From NCBI GenBank assembly GCA_002269645.1, contig NIVC01001862.1:62001-126000 (forward strand): a stretch of DNA of 64,000 nt. Direction: 5' to 3'. This DNA comes from Macrostomum lignano (taxonomy: Eukaryota). A model generated the notes under the pieces. The model saw nothing but the letters and a program-made list of their open reading frames with translations. It was not told where the DNA came from and made no database searches. Below are positions 1 to 27,832 of the stretch, in pieces (position 1 is the first letter of the stretch; every line of letters begins with the position of its first letter). The translations under genes were made by a program, and so were the position numbers.

Positions 1-1220
1 GAATTATTGAGCAGGCATCGACTCCCAGATTAAGGAAGGACCCAGAGCTCACTCTTTGCAGTCCTCGATCTCTGCCTTGCGGAGAAAATTGGTCCTCATG
101 TCACAGAGAGACAGACAGACACTGAGAGGGGGACAGAGAGGGCGGAGCGCCCAGATTCACGTCCAGAGTGCGTGAAAGTTGTTCTCGAAAATCGTTTTCC
201 CATGCACTCTCTGAACTTCTGTGCGATCCCCTACCGCGTCTAACTAACCAGATCATCGGGTGGATTAGCGGGACTCAGTGAGACAGCGCATGCTTGGGTG
301 GGTTGCAGACTCTCTGGTGAAACCGACAGTGACCGAACAGTCTTTGTGACTGCGACAGACATTCTGTCAGCTTTCGTTTATTTTATAGTTTTTGGCTCAG
401 GGGCAAGAGTATTGTGTGCGCCCCTTGTGCTAAAAGACTAGACCCCTTCCGAAAAATTCTTGGTTTCCCCTAAGGGGGGCCGAGTGCTAGTCCATCTATA
501 CTAAACATGTACCTCATAGAATATTAGCTAAAGTCTCGCGAAAAATTTCCGGAAAACTGTTTTTGATGTTTTTAGGTTTTCGGGTTTCGAATTCAAAATC
601 GATGTCCCTGTCGCGTTTGATTTTCGATTTTAGGCAGGTCTTTTGATCTTTGACTTGGATTTTCCCTGCCCTTTGCTTCCTTTCTGTAAAGAAATTCGTC
701 TTTAAAAGAAAGCCTGTTATTTGATACTTTCATTTAAAAGCTTTCGCAACAGTAGCGGGTCGGTTCTCTGCCTTCTCTGGTAGTTTCTTTCTCCTTCAAA
801 TTAAGTTACAGAATATGTACTTTTAACGGTTGAACTTTTAAGCTGCTGCTCCTCCTCTACTTTCTCAGCAATTGTCATTCCACATTAGCATTTTCTGTCT
901 CTTGATTTTTTGTCTTTTCAGGTCTGACTCACAATCTACTGCTTACTTGTCAACTTTTCTATATCGCTTTCATACATCGTCATCGCAAAAGTTCTCATCA
1001 AGGTGCGCAACTTTCCAAGTTATCGCGGAAACAGTAAAATTATAGAACTGCACAGACCAGCTAGAACCGACTAGTATTAATTATTTATCTGCGGCTGCCA
1101 ACCTAGTTAGCTTCCAGTTTAGCAGTGCCAACAAGTTTCCTGAAGAGCGTTTACAATGTCCGCTCGTAAGCTTATTTTATTGCAGTCTTTTACAATCACT
1201 AGTTAATACCTGGAACGATG

Positions 1221-2997
<1,777 letters not shown>

Positions 2998-3155
2998 TAG
3001 ATAGCGAGAAAGAGCGAGCGAAGCGAGCTCTTTCGAGCTCTCTTGCCGCAGCCAATCAAGCTGAATGCACGCACACAAGATCACCGGAAACGATTAAGGC
3101 AGCTGGAAAGCCAATGGGCGCGGTAAGCGCTTTTATCCAGAGGAACTACCTGCTG

Positions 3156-3560
<405 letters not shown>

Positions 3561-4317
3561 CAGCACACACTGACAGCACTTTCCCATCACGCGCTTTGTT
3601 TGCGGCCTCCAGTCTGCAGTTGGCAGGCAAGCGGAAGCAGATCGCACGAAGCAAATCTTCTTGCCGCCTCACACTCTCCGGCGCAGAAGCAGCAACAGAA
3701 ATGCAAGCTGAGGATTTTTCTTTCCGCTCGGGCTCCGCTCCCGAAAGACACCACACGCAAAGAATGTACAACTCAATAGATTTCGAATCAACCCAGTCCA
3801 CTTTCGATACATATCGATTGTGTTTGTTTATTTCTTTTCACCACCCTTCTTTATTAGAAGCATCTTTCTTCGCTGAAAAAGTTATACACAATAATCGGCT
3901 GCAGACAGGCAGTCAAAGTGCCCCGGCTAGAAGGGTAGGCCCGGACAAGAGGGTCGAGCCAGATATGGCTTAAACTACAAATGGGAGCGGATGCGAGGTC
4001 TGAGGGCCTCCCCCTCAAGTCCCGTGCCGCATTCCGGAGAGGCCGGCGGCCATTCATAAATCTCGGGCCAAGCAGCTGCGCGGCCTGGCCGCCTATTGAC
4101 CGATTTGGCCGCTCGCAGTCTTCGCAGGGAAATTCCTGCCACAGCTTGTTCACCTGCATCGGCCGTACCCGCCTCTTCCGGGCTCTTCCAGACTCTTTGG
4201 GATCTTTCCTTTCACTCCCTGCACCAGCACCTCCCCTCTGCGATATCCGAGGCACAAATTAAATTCCCTGCAGGATTGCACTTGCGCTGTGCGAATGGGA
4301 CTTTATCGCCTGATGCC

Positions 4318-4547
<230 letters not shown>

Positions 4548-6921
4548 GCAATCTTGCATGCAGAAGGAAGGCATTGGCCGCACCCTTCACTAGTCGGTCT
4601 TTCCAATTAAAATTCTTGCGTACTACACTACGGAATTCATTACTTGCTACTGTAAGTAGGCTGTATAGCATATTATGTTTTTTCGATCTCGAATTTACAG
4701 ACAATGGTGACGGCAACAAATGAGACTAATAAACAAAGTCAATGTAGATAAATCAACACCAATGCATCAAAAACTGTTTTATATTATAGTTGTTCGTGAT
4801 TTTCAATGAAAAAGCGAAAATTTACAAAGCCGGTAAAGACGAATAATTGTGGCATAAAATCTATATTTTATAACACTTAAATGGTAAAAATAAATTGAAA
4901 TTGTTAGCAATGTTGTAATTATTATCAGTCAGAATTTTTTAAGTCATAGTTTATGTAAACATAAAGCAAAATTTGTTGAGTTTCCATGCAATTAATTTGT
5001 TTTAATGCTTAAGTATCGTAAGTCATAAATGAGCATGCCAGACTCTGGGAGCAGTTTACGTGCAGTCTTGAACAATTTGCCTGACTTAATGCTAAGCCTG
5101 GGGTTCTGATGTCGGCTGGGTTGGATTTGTAAAAGAATGGTTGCTAAGGACGCTATCGGTTTCCGGTGTGGGCAGAAATTATTCATAAGCTTTTTTCAGG
5201 CCTGACTCTATTTCCACAGTTTGCGTTAGATAGCTAGCTTTTGTCTCCCAAACTGTGACTGCTCTGCTGTTGAGCTCCCATCTCACACAATAAACTCCCT
5301 TTTAAACCCCGGGTCGCTATATTGCACTATGAGGCAAGCAAAAAACCAACAAAACGACTACTTAGAGCAGCAAGAGGCCTTAAAATTCCTTTTGTCCGGA
5401 AAAATATGCTAGCTACCGGAATAGGTACGGTTCATTTTCAACATTACTATCGGGTCAGAGACGCTTAGGTAATATTATTCTTTATGCAGAAAAGTTTCTT
5501 ATTTAATTTTTCACTTTCGGAATCTCTCCGCTCTCACAACATTTGCGTGTATACTACTTTCAGTTCAGTAGAAAGTTAAACAGAAGCATTTTAATGTATT
5601 TTAAAGACAAGGCTCATTAATTGGCTTTTAAACCCCCCCTCCCACCGGCTCTGTGGGAGCTAACTGCGCTAACTGCGCTAAACCCCGCCCAGAGCCTCTT
5701 TCCTCTCAGAATCTCGACCCCACCCCGCCGCCCAATTTTTATTGCCCTCCTCTACTGGGCGTTCCAATCCTAAAACTGCCAGCCATGTACATTATTTGAG
5801 TTTGCGTTGGCTAAATGTACATTACGGCTTGCAATTGTTGTTTACGTCTGCAAGCTGTGGCTTCTAAACTTATCAAGTCCTTTTAACTAGCGTTTTTTTC
5901 ATAGAATAGCTTAGGTATTCTTTCTAGCTACTGAACTGAAAGTAGAAAACGCCATTAAGTTATCTCAGTTATCTGTGGCAGAGACTACTAAACCAGGCAT
6001 AAAATTTGGCGTTGGCCAGTGTCGCTTCCATCCATGGTTAGGGAAGCCTCTTTGTTTGGCAAAGTTTTGCTAAATTTGACAATGTTTTTGATTGTATTGG
6101 GAAACGAGGGAAAACACAAGAAAGTACAGGCGGGGTTGGAATGAGGCAAAAATACGTAAAACCATAGCCGTTTCTAATTATAGCCCATCTCTCAGTTGGA
6201 TTCATGGACTCCCAGAACGACTCTCGGTATAGACTGGACTGGATTGGAGCTATTGCTCACTGCTTTTAGTTTACACTAGAGAGGCACAATGCAGACGTAA
6301 AATATTTTGACTGTCATCCAAACCGTGTCTTCCCCTTGTAATCTTCCTTCCAATTGGTTTCCAGTCCAATTAGTGATCGTTTTAAGAGTCCTTGGTTAGG
6401 TTATTGCATTACTAAGCTAGCTTCCGTGTTTTGAGAGCAGCGGAAACAGACAACATAATGGGAGTGGCGGTGGGGTACTTGCAGTTGCAGCCAATATGGC
6501 TCATAGGCAAAACAGCAGAACTGGCTATACACACAAAAATATATAAAGTAAACGCTTCCCTGGATGTACTTTTTACTGTTATTAAATAAATTTGTGTATC
6601 AATTGATCACTTTTCGGTTACTAAAAATAACCATCATCACGTCACGAGTAATATACTTTCCAGTTGTTTTCTGTAGCACTTAACCGATGAATTTGAGCTG
6701 CAGTAGCAGGACGCTGCGCACGGCTTTCTTAGAAATGGGCTGTAAGGCTGTAAGGAAACATATATTTGTAGTATCGCCAGTGCTTTTAGTATGCTCCCTG
6801 GAGTAGGGGTCGGCTAACTCCGGTCCACGAGCCTCTCTATCCGGCCCTCGTGTCCTTTGAAACGTCACAATGGCAATCCGGGCCGCTCAAGGTTTTGTCT
6901 CTTCTTTGCTCCCTAGTTGAA

Positions 6922-7332
6922 TCTCCTCTCTCTTCTCATTTCTCTCTTCTCTTCTCACCTTCTCACCTCTCCTTTCCTCTCCTTCTCACCTCTCCTTTCC
7001 TCTCCTTCTCACCTCTCCTTTCCTCTCTTTCTCACCTCTCCTTTCCTCTCCTTCTCACCTCTCCTTTCCTCTCCTTCTCACCTCTCCTTTCCTCTCCTTC
7101 TCACATCTCCTTTCCTCTCCTTCTCACCTCTCCTTTCCTCTCCTTCTCACCTCTCCTTTCCTCTCCTTCTCACATCTCCTTTCCTCTCCTTCTCACCTCT
7201 CCTTTCCTCTCCTTCTCACCTCTCCTTTCCTCTCCTTCTCACCTCTCCTTTCCTCTCCTTCTCACCTCTCTTTTCCTCTCCTTCTCACCTCTCCTTTCCT
7301 CTCCTTCTCACCTCTCCTTTCCTCTCCTTCTC
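6922..7332. repeat. 23-bp pyrimidine minisatellite (TCTCCTTTCCTCTCCTTCTCACC)n downstream of the kinase stop codon
   Basis: Period 23 (TCTCACC at 6961 and 6984). Confidence 0.95.
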
Positions 7333-7563
7333 TGCGGCCTCTGCAACCGCGGCCTTACAGCCCATTTATCATTTATAAGAAAATCGAGTATGGCATCCTT
7401 CTACTGCAGTTGTCCCAGTTGTCCGTGACCAATTCCTATAAAACTGGAGTGTCTAAAAGATGAAAAATACCTCTCAAATTAGTGCTAGGAAAACCGTAAA
7501 AAGCATTTTTGGTTCTATAGTCGCCGAAATCAGGTAGCTAAAACAATTCAATAAAAAGCTTTC

Positions 7564-20268
<12,705 letters not shown>

Positions 20269-20764
20269 CTAAGGGGGTGGCGCACATGAAATCTAAATGA
20301 GCCGCCGTGTCAATTAAAGAATCGGGCGGTGGGTCACGCTTTAGGACAAGTTTTATGACGCCTAAACTGGCTCAAGACTCTGACTCAAGAGCCCACTGCG
20401 GTATTCGCGCGCGCACAAAAGAAAAGAAGATAAGCAAAATCAGGGAGCGACGGTGAGTTACTAAGCCAGTAAGCCGAAAGATAGTTGTTTTTGTTTTATC
20501 AAATTATCAGCGCTTTTACAATAATTTGTTTTTTGCGCGGTAAAAGAAGTGCAACAGAAGCATCCGAGTGAAAATTGGTTTAGGATTTAAAAGGTTTCAG
20601 AATCAGTGGCAGGGTAGAGATTATTCGCAGTTGTTAGTACTAGAGATGTCACTCATTTTTTTAATAATTGCAAAAGCAGATTGTGCAGTCAGAAAATTAA
20701 AAGAGGCAGAATGAAAATTTTTTTAAAGCATCCTGATTGGCTCCTCTGACACCGAGTTTAAATG

Positions 20765-21552
20765 CCCCTGACACCCCATTTGAAGTCCCCCTGACACCCA
20801 ACTTTAATCTTCCCTGACACCCAATTTAAATCTCCCTGACACCCAATTTAAATCCCCCTGACACCCAATTTAAATCTCCTTGACACCCAATTTAAATTTC
20901 CCTGACACCCAGTTTAAATCCCCCTGACACCCAATTTAAATCTCCCTGACACCCAATTTAAATCTCCCTGACACCCAATTTAAATTTCCCTGACACCCAA
21001 TTTAAATTTCCCTGACACCCAATTTAAATCCCCCTGACACCCAATTCTAACCAACTGACACGAAATTTAAATCTCCCCTGACACCCAATTTAAATCTCCC
21101 TGACACCCAATTCTAACCAACTGACACGAAATTTAAATCTCCCCTGACACCCAAACAAAATCCGCCCTGACACCCAACTTAAATCTCCCTGACACCCAAC
21201 TTAAATCTCCCTGACACCCAATTCTAACCAACTGACACGAAATTTAAATCTCCCCTGACACCCAATTTAAATTTCCCTGACACCCAAACAAAATCCGCCC
21301 TGACACCCAACTTAAATCTCCCTGACACCCAACTTAAATCTCCCTGACACCCAATTTAAATCCCCCTGACACCCAACTTAAATCTCCCTGACACCCAACT
21401 TAAATCTCCCTGACACCCAACTTAAATCTCCCTGACACCCAACTTAAATCTCCCTGACACCCAACTTAAATCTCCCTGACACCCAATTTAAATCCCCCTG
21501 ACACCCAACTTAAATCTCCCTGACACCCAATTTAAATCCCCCTGACACTCAA
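20765..21552. repeat. 22-23-bp minisatellite (CCCTGACACCCAATTTAAATCT)n
   Basis: Direct reading. Confidence 0.94.
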
Positions 21553-21924
21553 TTTACTCCCCCTGCCAATCAAATCAAACTAGCAAAGCTCAGATTGTCA
21601 AACAAATCTACACAAAAAGGCTGCAATAAATCACACTTGATTACCTTCGTAAAGATTTCAAATTTGAGAAGCTTGACTTGCTAAAAGTGGCTGGAATAAA
21701 AGAATAAATAGTCAAGGTCGTGTATTTTGTCAAGCGGAGCATGCAAAACAAAGTTTGCTTTGTAATATGAATATCAATAAATAATACATAGTATATATAT
21801 GGTGATGCGCGTTGCTTTGCACATAGAGTTGTTATTATTCAATGTCAAGTTACACGAGGGTGGCGCTACGCAGCAGAGCTAGCGCTTGAGTATTTAATCT
21901 ACCTTTTGAATAATTTTATCGACT

Positions 21925-23352
21925 TCTCTCTCTATCAATCTACTTCTCTCTCTCCATCAATCTACCTCCCCTCTCTCCACCAATCTACTTCTCTCTCTCT
22001 CACTCTCCATCAATCTACTTCTCTCTCTCTATCAATCTACTTTTCTCTCTCTCTCCATCAATCTACCTCTCTCTCTCCATCAATCTACTTCTCTCTCTCT
22101 CTCAATCTACTTCTCTCTCTATCAATCTACTTTTCTCTCTCTCTTCATCAATCTACTTCTCTCTCTCCATCAATCTACTTCTCTCTCTCCATCAATCTAC
22201 CTCTCTCTCTCTATCAATCTACCTCTCTCTCTCTCCAACAATCTACTTCTCTCTCTCTATCAATCTACTTTTCTCTCTCTCTTCATCAATCTACTTCTCT
22301 CTCTTCATCAATCTACTTCTCTCTCTCCATCAATCTACCTCTCTCTCTCCATCAATCTACTTCTCTCTCTCTATCAATCTACTTTTCTCTCTCTCTTCAT
22401 CAATCTACTTCTCTGTCTCCATCAATCTACCTCTCTCTCTTCATCAATCTACTTCTCTCTCTCTATCAATCTACCTCTCTCTCACCAACAATCTACTTCT
22501 CTCTCTCCATCAATCTACCTCTCTCTCTCCACCAATCTACCTCTCTCTCTCTCTCTCTCCATCAATCTACTTCTCTCTCTCTATCAATCTACCTCTCTCT
22601 CTCCAACAATCTACTTCTCTCTCTCCATCAATCTACCTCTCTCTCTCCACTAATCTACCTCTCTCTCTCTCTCTCCATCAATCTACTTTTCTCTCTCTCT
22701 CCATCAAACTACCTCTCTCTCTTCATCAATCTACTTCTCTCTCTCCATCAATCTACCTCTCTCTCTCCAACAATCTACTTCTCTCTCTCCATCAATCTAC
22801 CTCTCTCTCTCCACCAATCTACCTCTCTCTCTCTCTCTCCATCAATCTACTTTTCTCTCTCTCTCCATCAAACTACTTCTCTCTCTCCATCAATCTACCT
22901 CTCTCTCTCCACCAATCTACTTCTCTCTCACTCTCCATCAAACTACCTCTCTCTCTCTATCAATCTACTTCTCTCTCTCCATCAAACTACTTCTCTCTCT
23001 TCATCAATCTACTTCTCTCTCTCCATCAATCTACCTCTCTCTCTCCACCAATCCACCTCTCTCTCTCTCTCTCCATCAATCTACTTTTCTCTCTCTCTCC
23101 ATCAAACTACTTCTCTCTCTCCATCAATCTACCTCTCTCTCTCCACCAATCTACTTCTCTCTCACTCTCCATCAAACTACCTCTCTCTCTCTATCAATCT
23201 ACTTCTCTCTCTCCATCAAACTACTTCTCTCTCTTCATCAATCTACTTCTCTCTCTCCATCAAACTACTTCTCTCTCTCCATCAAACTACTTCTCTCTCT
23301 CCATCAATCTACCTCTCTCTCTCTCCATCAATCTACTTCTCTCTCTCCATCA
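21925..23352. repeat. compound repeat ((CT)n-CCATCAATCTAC)n
   Basis: Constant ATCAATCTAC core separated by variable CT runs. Source of the 542-aa artefact ORF. Confidence 0.95.
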
Positions 23353-24246
23353 GCCTACATCTCATCCTGTTCATACATTTGATTGCCCGACTGCAATTGA
23401 CTCCCCCCAGTAACCTCCCAGTCAGTATGGGTGGCTGTCGGAGAAATGCCCTGATCTTCATCAGCTTCAGAATCAACCGCTTCAGTTATGTCAGGCATCT
23501 CCCTAGCATATCAAAGTACGAACCAATTCAATAAGAAAACTATAAATAGCTGTGCCATAAAAAACTGCGGTTATATCAGTGCGAAACTGGTTGTACACTC
23601 TGGTACGATTTGATTAAAACAAAACAAATTTGTGTGGGTCACGCATTACGTGAGCCTGCATAAAAACTTGCTACTCAGCTGCACCGAAGGTAAGCAACTT
23701 GTAGCGGTTTCAAGGGAGGAATTTCTTATCAAGGATAAGGGATTTAATTAATTTTTCCCTTCACCCTGACCTCAATAAATGCAGCGTGGGGGCAAACGGA
23801 GAGGCGGCTATAAATATGAATCTTTCTAATTTTGCCCTTCCACAATGGGTTGAGGCATTGGTAATAAAACAATTGCATGCCCTGCGCCCAGATTTGGTTG
23901 TCATGACAACAGTTTGACAACATAACAGTGTTTTTGCAATGATTTCTTTCTCAATTCTCTCTCTCTCTCCCGTACCTCAACTCGCTCTCCGCTCCATCAA
24001 AACAGATCGATAGAGCCCAGCTTCCTGAGGCACTGATTTAATCGGGTCATTGAGCACTCGGACTCAAGTCTAGGATCACTCGCCCCTGGCAAGGTATCGA
24101 CTGACTGTGGATCATTCCTAATTGAACCCACTTAGGTCTACATAAAATTATGCTTAGATTTGCATCCGAGAAGCAAAATAGACCACTGTTTTTATCAGCA
24201 GAAATTTACCCCACCTGGTCCCCACCTGGATCTTGCCGAAATCATC

Positions 24247-24757
24247 GATGTCTAAGGAACCTTACCGTTTTCCTGGGTGTCTAAAGGACTTTAGGTCGTC
24301 ATGGACGACTGAAAAAAAGTTTACCACCTTACCACCTAAGGAACCATACTGCCTTCATGGATGTCTAAGGAACCTTACCACCGTCACGGATGTCTAAGGA
24401 ACCTTACCGCCGTCACGGATGTCTAAGGAACCTTACCACCGTCACGGATGTCTAAGGAACCTTACCGCCGTCATGGATGTCTAAGGAACCTTACCGCCGT
24501 CATGGATGTCTAAGGAACCTTACCGCCTCCATGGAGGTCTAAGGAACCTTACCGCCTTCATGGATGTCTAAGGAACCATACTGCCTTCATGGATGTCTAA
24601 GGAACCTTACCGCCTCCATGGATGTCTAAGGAACCTTACCGCCGTCATGGATGTCTAAGGAACCTTACCGCCTTCATGGATGTCTAAGGAACCTTACCGC
24701 CTCCATGGATGTCTAAGGAACTTTATCGTCGTCATGGATGCGTAAGGAACCTTACCA
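24247..24757. repeat. 29-bp minisatellite (ATGGATGTCTAAGGAACCTTACCGCCGTC)n
   Basis: GTCTAAGG at 24421 and 24450. Confidence 0.94.
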
Positions 24758-24806
24758 TCTATAATACGAGTATTTTATCAACTTTGCTTAAAATAAGTTT
24801 CATTAC

Positions 24807-24979
24807 CTGGACTTCCATCGCTCGTGTGCATCCTGCAACAGAGTAGGTAGTTGCTGCGGCTGCTGTCGCTGCTGTTGTGTTTCAATCGGAGATGGGATTT
24901 TCTGTTTACGAGCAATTAAAATGGATTTACTGATTGAGTTGTTGCTGTTAGATCCTGCCGGATGGCTGGAGAGCCACAT
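24807..24979 (-). CDS. candidate upstream in-frame exon of the CDKL gene (N-terminal extension or 5' leader exon)
   Basis: ATG 24979, MWLSSHPAGS..QQQRQQPQQ..ERWKS, donor CAG|GTAATG in phase 2. Matches the phase-2 acceptor CTCCACAG|C at 19565/19564, in frame with MEKY. Confidence 0.35.
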
Positions 24980-26102
24980 GAGCTGCGCGATGGGGCAAAA
25001 GCTAGCGGCCAACGATTTCACTTCTTTTTTGTTGAGAGCTTTTGTGGGGAATTTAGGCGCTTAAAAAGCTCCAGTCAGGCAGCGCAACGCATGCCACAAT
25101 TGCATATACTATATAGTAGGGGTCAGCCCTTGAATCACGTGACTGCTAGAAAAAGAGGTTTTCACCCAATTAATTCTATACGTCCACAACGAATTGGAAA
25201 GCTCCAAGGCTGCTCATACACTGCGTTAACAAATTACATTTTGGCCCAGATGTGCAGCCAATGAGAGAGAGCAGAGGTATAATAATTCTTATCCGTTTTT
25301 AGCAAATAGAAAACGCTGTTTGCCAGCGATATGACTCAAGCAGGGTGTACATTTGCGAGCATTTGTAAATTTACAAGAATGTGTGAAATGTACAGTACGT
25401 CCTCATTGCGTTTCATCTGCTCGATATTTCACGTCTTCGAAATCGATGAATGAAATTTTTTATGAAGTATCGAGCCTCTCTATTTTGACAATAACTCCTG
25501 CACTTCCTTATTTCAACTTAATTCATACTCAGCAAATGACACCGTCACCCACAACCAGCGCTGGCAGCAATTCTACCCGTGCACCCGCTCACACTTTCTA
25601 ATCGTCAGGGATGTACACCCGTGGATGTGAATTGCACGACAACCCGCCGGCCAATTTTTGAGCACAAAGTCTTACTTACAGGTTTATCGAGATGCTTTTA
25701 GCTCGTATTAACGATGAGAACATTGCAGATCTATTGTCCAATGCTAGTAAATTTCAACTTTGATTGCCTTGACTCCCTTCTCTAACTTAGATGAACAAAG
25801 AGCGACAATTTAAGGTTGCCTCGGGCATGACTGCTTGCCTCTTCTCAGGGTGTGGGTCGACTTTCGAGCTACGTGTAGCTTTGCTATGTAAGGAAAAATT
25901 GCCAAGTTTTCTTTTGATAATTTTTTTATAAAAAACACGGTTTTATTAAGTAGAACTATTCTGTTTACTAACAGTAGCCCAGTTGAAATTGTAAGCCTGC
26001 AATAAGTGCACATATTAATTTACCGGTAATTACGGGTTGGCGAACTCTAGCCACATGCGGCCCGTGAAGACTGGCCTGCTTAAGGCTTGTGCCTCTTCTC
26101 AG

Positions 26103-26729
26103 CTCTCTCCTATCCTCTCCTCTCCTCTCCTCTCCTCTCCTCTCCTCTCCTCTCCTCTCCTCTCCTCTCCTCTCCTCTCCTCTCCTCTCCTCTCCTCTCC
26201 TCTCCTCTCCTCTCCTCTCCTCTCCTCTCCTCTCCTCTCCTCTCCTCTCCTCTCCTCTCCTCTCCTCTCCTCTCCTCTCCTCTCCTCTCCTCTCTCTCTC
26301 CTCTCCTCTCCTCTCCTCTCCTCTCCTCTCCTCTCCTCTCCTCTCCTCTCCTCTCCTCTCCTCTCCTCTCCTCTCCTCCTCTCCTCTCCTCTCCTCTCCT
26401 CTCCTCTCCTCTCCTCTCCTCTCTTCTCATCTCCTCTCCTCTCCTCTCCTCTCCTCTCCTCTCCTCTCCTCTCCTCTCCTCTCCTCTCCTCTCCTCTCCT
26501 CTCCTCTCCTCCTCCTCTCCTCTCCTCTCCTCTCCTTTCCTCTCCTCTCCTCTCCTCTCCTCTCCTCTCCTCTCCTCTCCTCTCTTCTCATCTCCTCTCC
26601 TCTCCTCTCCTCTCCTCTCCACTCCTCTCCTCTCCTCTCCTCTCCTCTCCTCTCCTCTCCTCTCCTCTCCTCTCCTCTCCTCTCCTCTCCTATCCTCTCC
26701 TCTCCTCTCCTCTCCTCTCCTTTCCTCTC
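26103..26729. repeat. (CTCCT)n pentamer microsatellite
   Basis: Direct reading; gives the SSPLL / EERRG artefact ORFs. Confidence 0.98.
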
Positions 26730-27169
26730 TAATTATTTTCTGAAGCTGGAATCAGTTTTTACGCATAGTTTGCTTAGAAAAACAAAAGACAAATAGGCAT
26801 ATTCTCTCAGCCAAGTCAGTTTTGTGGGACTATATTTAATGAATAGGATTTGACATATAAATTCGCAAGAATGAGTTTAAATCGATTTCATTTTTGAATG
26901 AACGGCTCGTAATTTAAACAAAAACACTGAAACAACAATACAGGGACGTAAGTGATATAAAATGCCATGTAGTTACAAAGATACCAGTTTAGATTTGATT
27001 TTGAATTAATCACTACGAATATTTGCGTTACAAAAATTTAAATATGAATTAAAAAATAATAATAATCATTGATTACACCTGCCCCAATTGGGCCAGATGT
27101 GCAACTGACAGCTCAGCCGCAGCTTTTGCGCGGCGCATCTGAAGGCTGCGTACGGCTGTTCATTCCAAT

Positions 27170-27361
27170 GACTGGGGGGTCGCCACACACAGCCTCAATT
27201 ACCCCAGCTAATGCCGGCACCCATTTTATAGCTGGGTAAACTGAAGCAATTCAGAGTTAAGTGTCTTGCTCAAGGACACAAATTGTTCCAGTGGGATCGG
27301 GAATCGAACCCTCGACCTTTCAGTCGTGAGTCCGACGCTCTAACCACTAGACTACAGCCCC
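27170..27361 (-). mobile_element. tRNA-derived SINE copy (best preserved)
   Basis: Minus strand reads GGGGCTGTAGTCTAGTGGTTAGAGCGTCGGACTC..GAGGGTTCGATTCCCG (A box TAGTCTAGTGG, B box GGTTCGATTCC), then GTGTCCTTGAGCAAGACACTTAACTC. Confidence 0.85.
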
Positions 27362-27404
27362 ACACTTGTGCTTCAAATATGAAGCACAAGTAGTAACTGA
27401 TCAA

Positions 27405-27832
27405 GAGCGGAGAGGCAGATTCTCAGGGACTGAGGGAGCGGAGAGGCAGATTCTCAGGGACTGAGGGAGCGGAGAGGCAGATTCTCAAGGACTGAGGGAG
27501 CGGAGAGGCAGATTCTCAGGGACTGAAGGAGCGGAGAGGCAGATTCTCAGGGACGGAGGGAACGGAGAGGCAGATTTTTAGGGACTGAAGGAGCGGAGAG
27601 GCAGATTCTCAGGGACGGAGGGAGCGGAGAGGCAGATTCTGAGGGACGGAGGGAGCGGAGAGGCAGATTCTCAGGGACTGAGGGAGCGGAGAGGCAGATT
27701 CTCAAGGACGGAGGGAGCGGAGAGGCAGATTCTCAAGGACGGAGGGAGCGGAGAGGCAGATTCTCAGGGACTGAGGGAGCCGAGGGGCAGATTCTCAGGG
27801 ACTGAGGGAGCCGAGGGGCAGATTCTCAGGGA
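27405..27832. repeat. 31-bp minisatellite (GGGAGCGGAGAGGCAGATTCTCAGGGACTGA)n
   Basis: GCAGAT at 27415 and 27446; about 14 copies. Confidence 0.95.

Noticed and set aside
23541-23695. Plus-strand TATA-Inr-exon-GTAAGC promoter
   Set aside because: TATA-to-Inr distance is longer than typical, and no downstream exon could be linked.
21906-26796. Long Ser/Leu-rich ORFs (542, 231, 235 aa)
   Set aside because: CT-rich repeat translations.
27295-27361. tRNA gene
   Set aside because: The A/B boxes are followed by a SINE body shared by three copies, and there is no complete acceptor stem.
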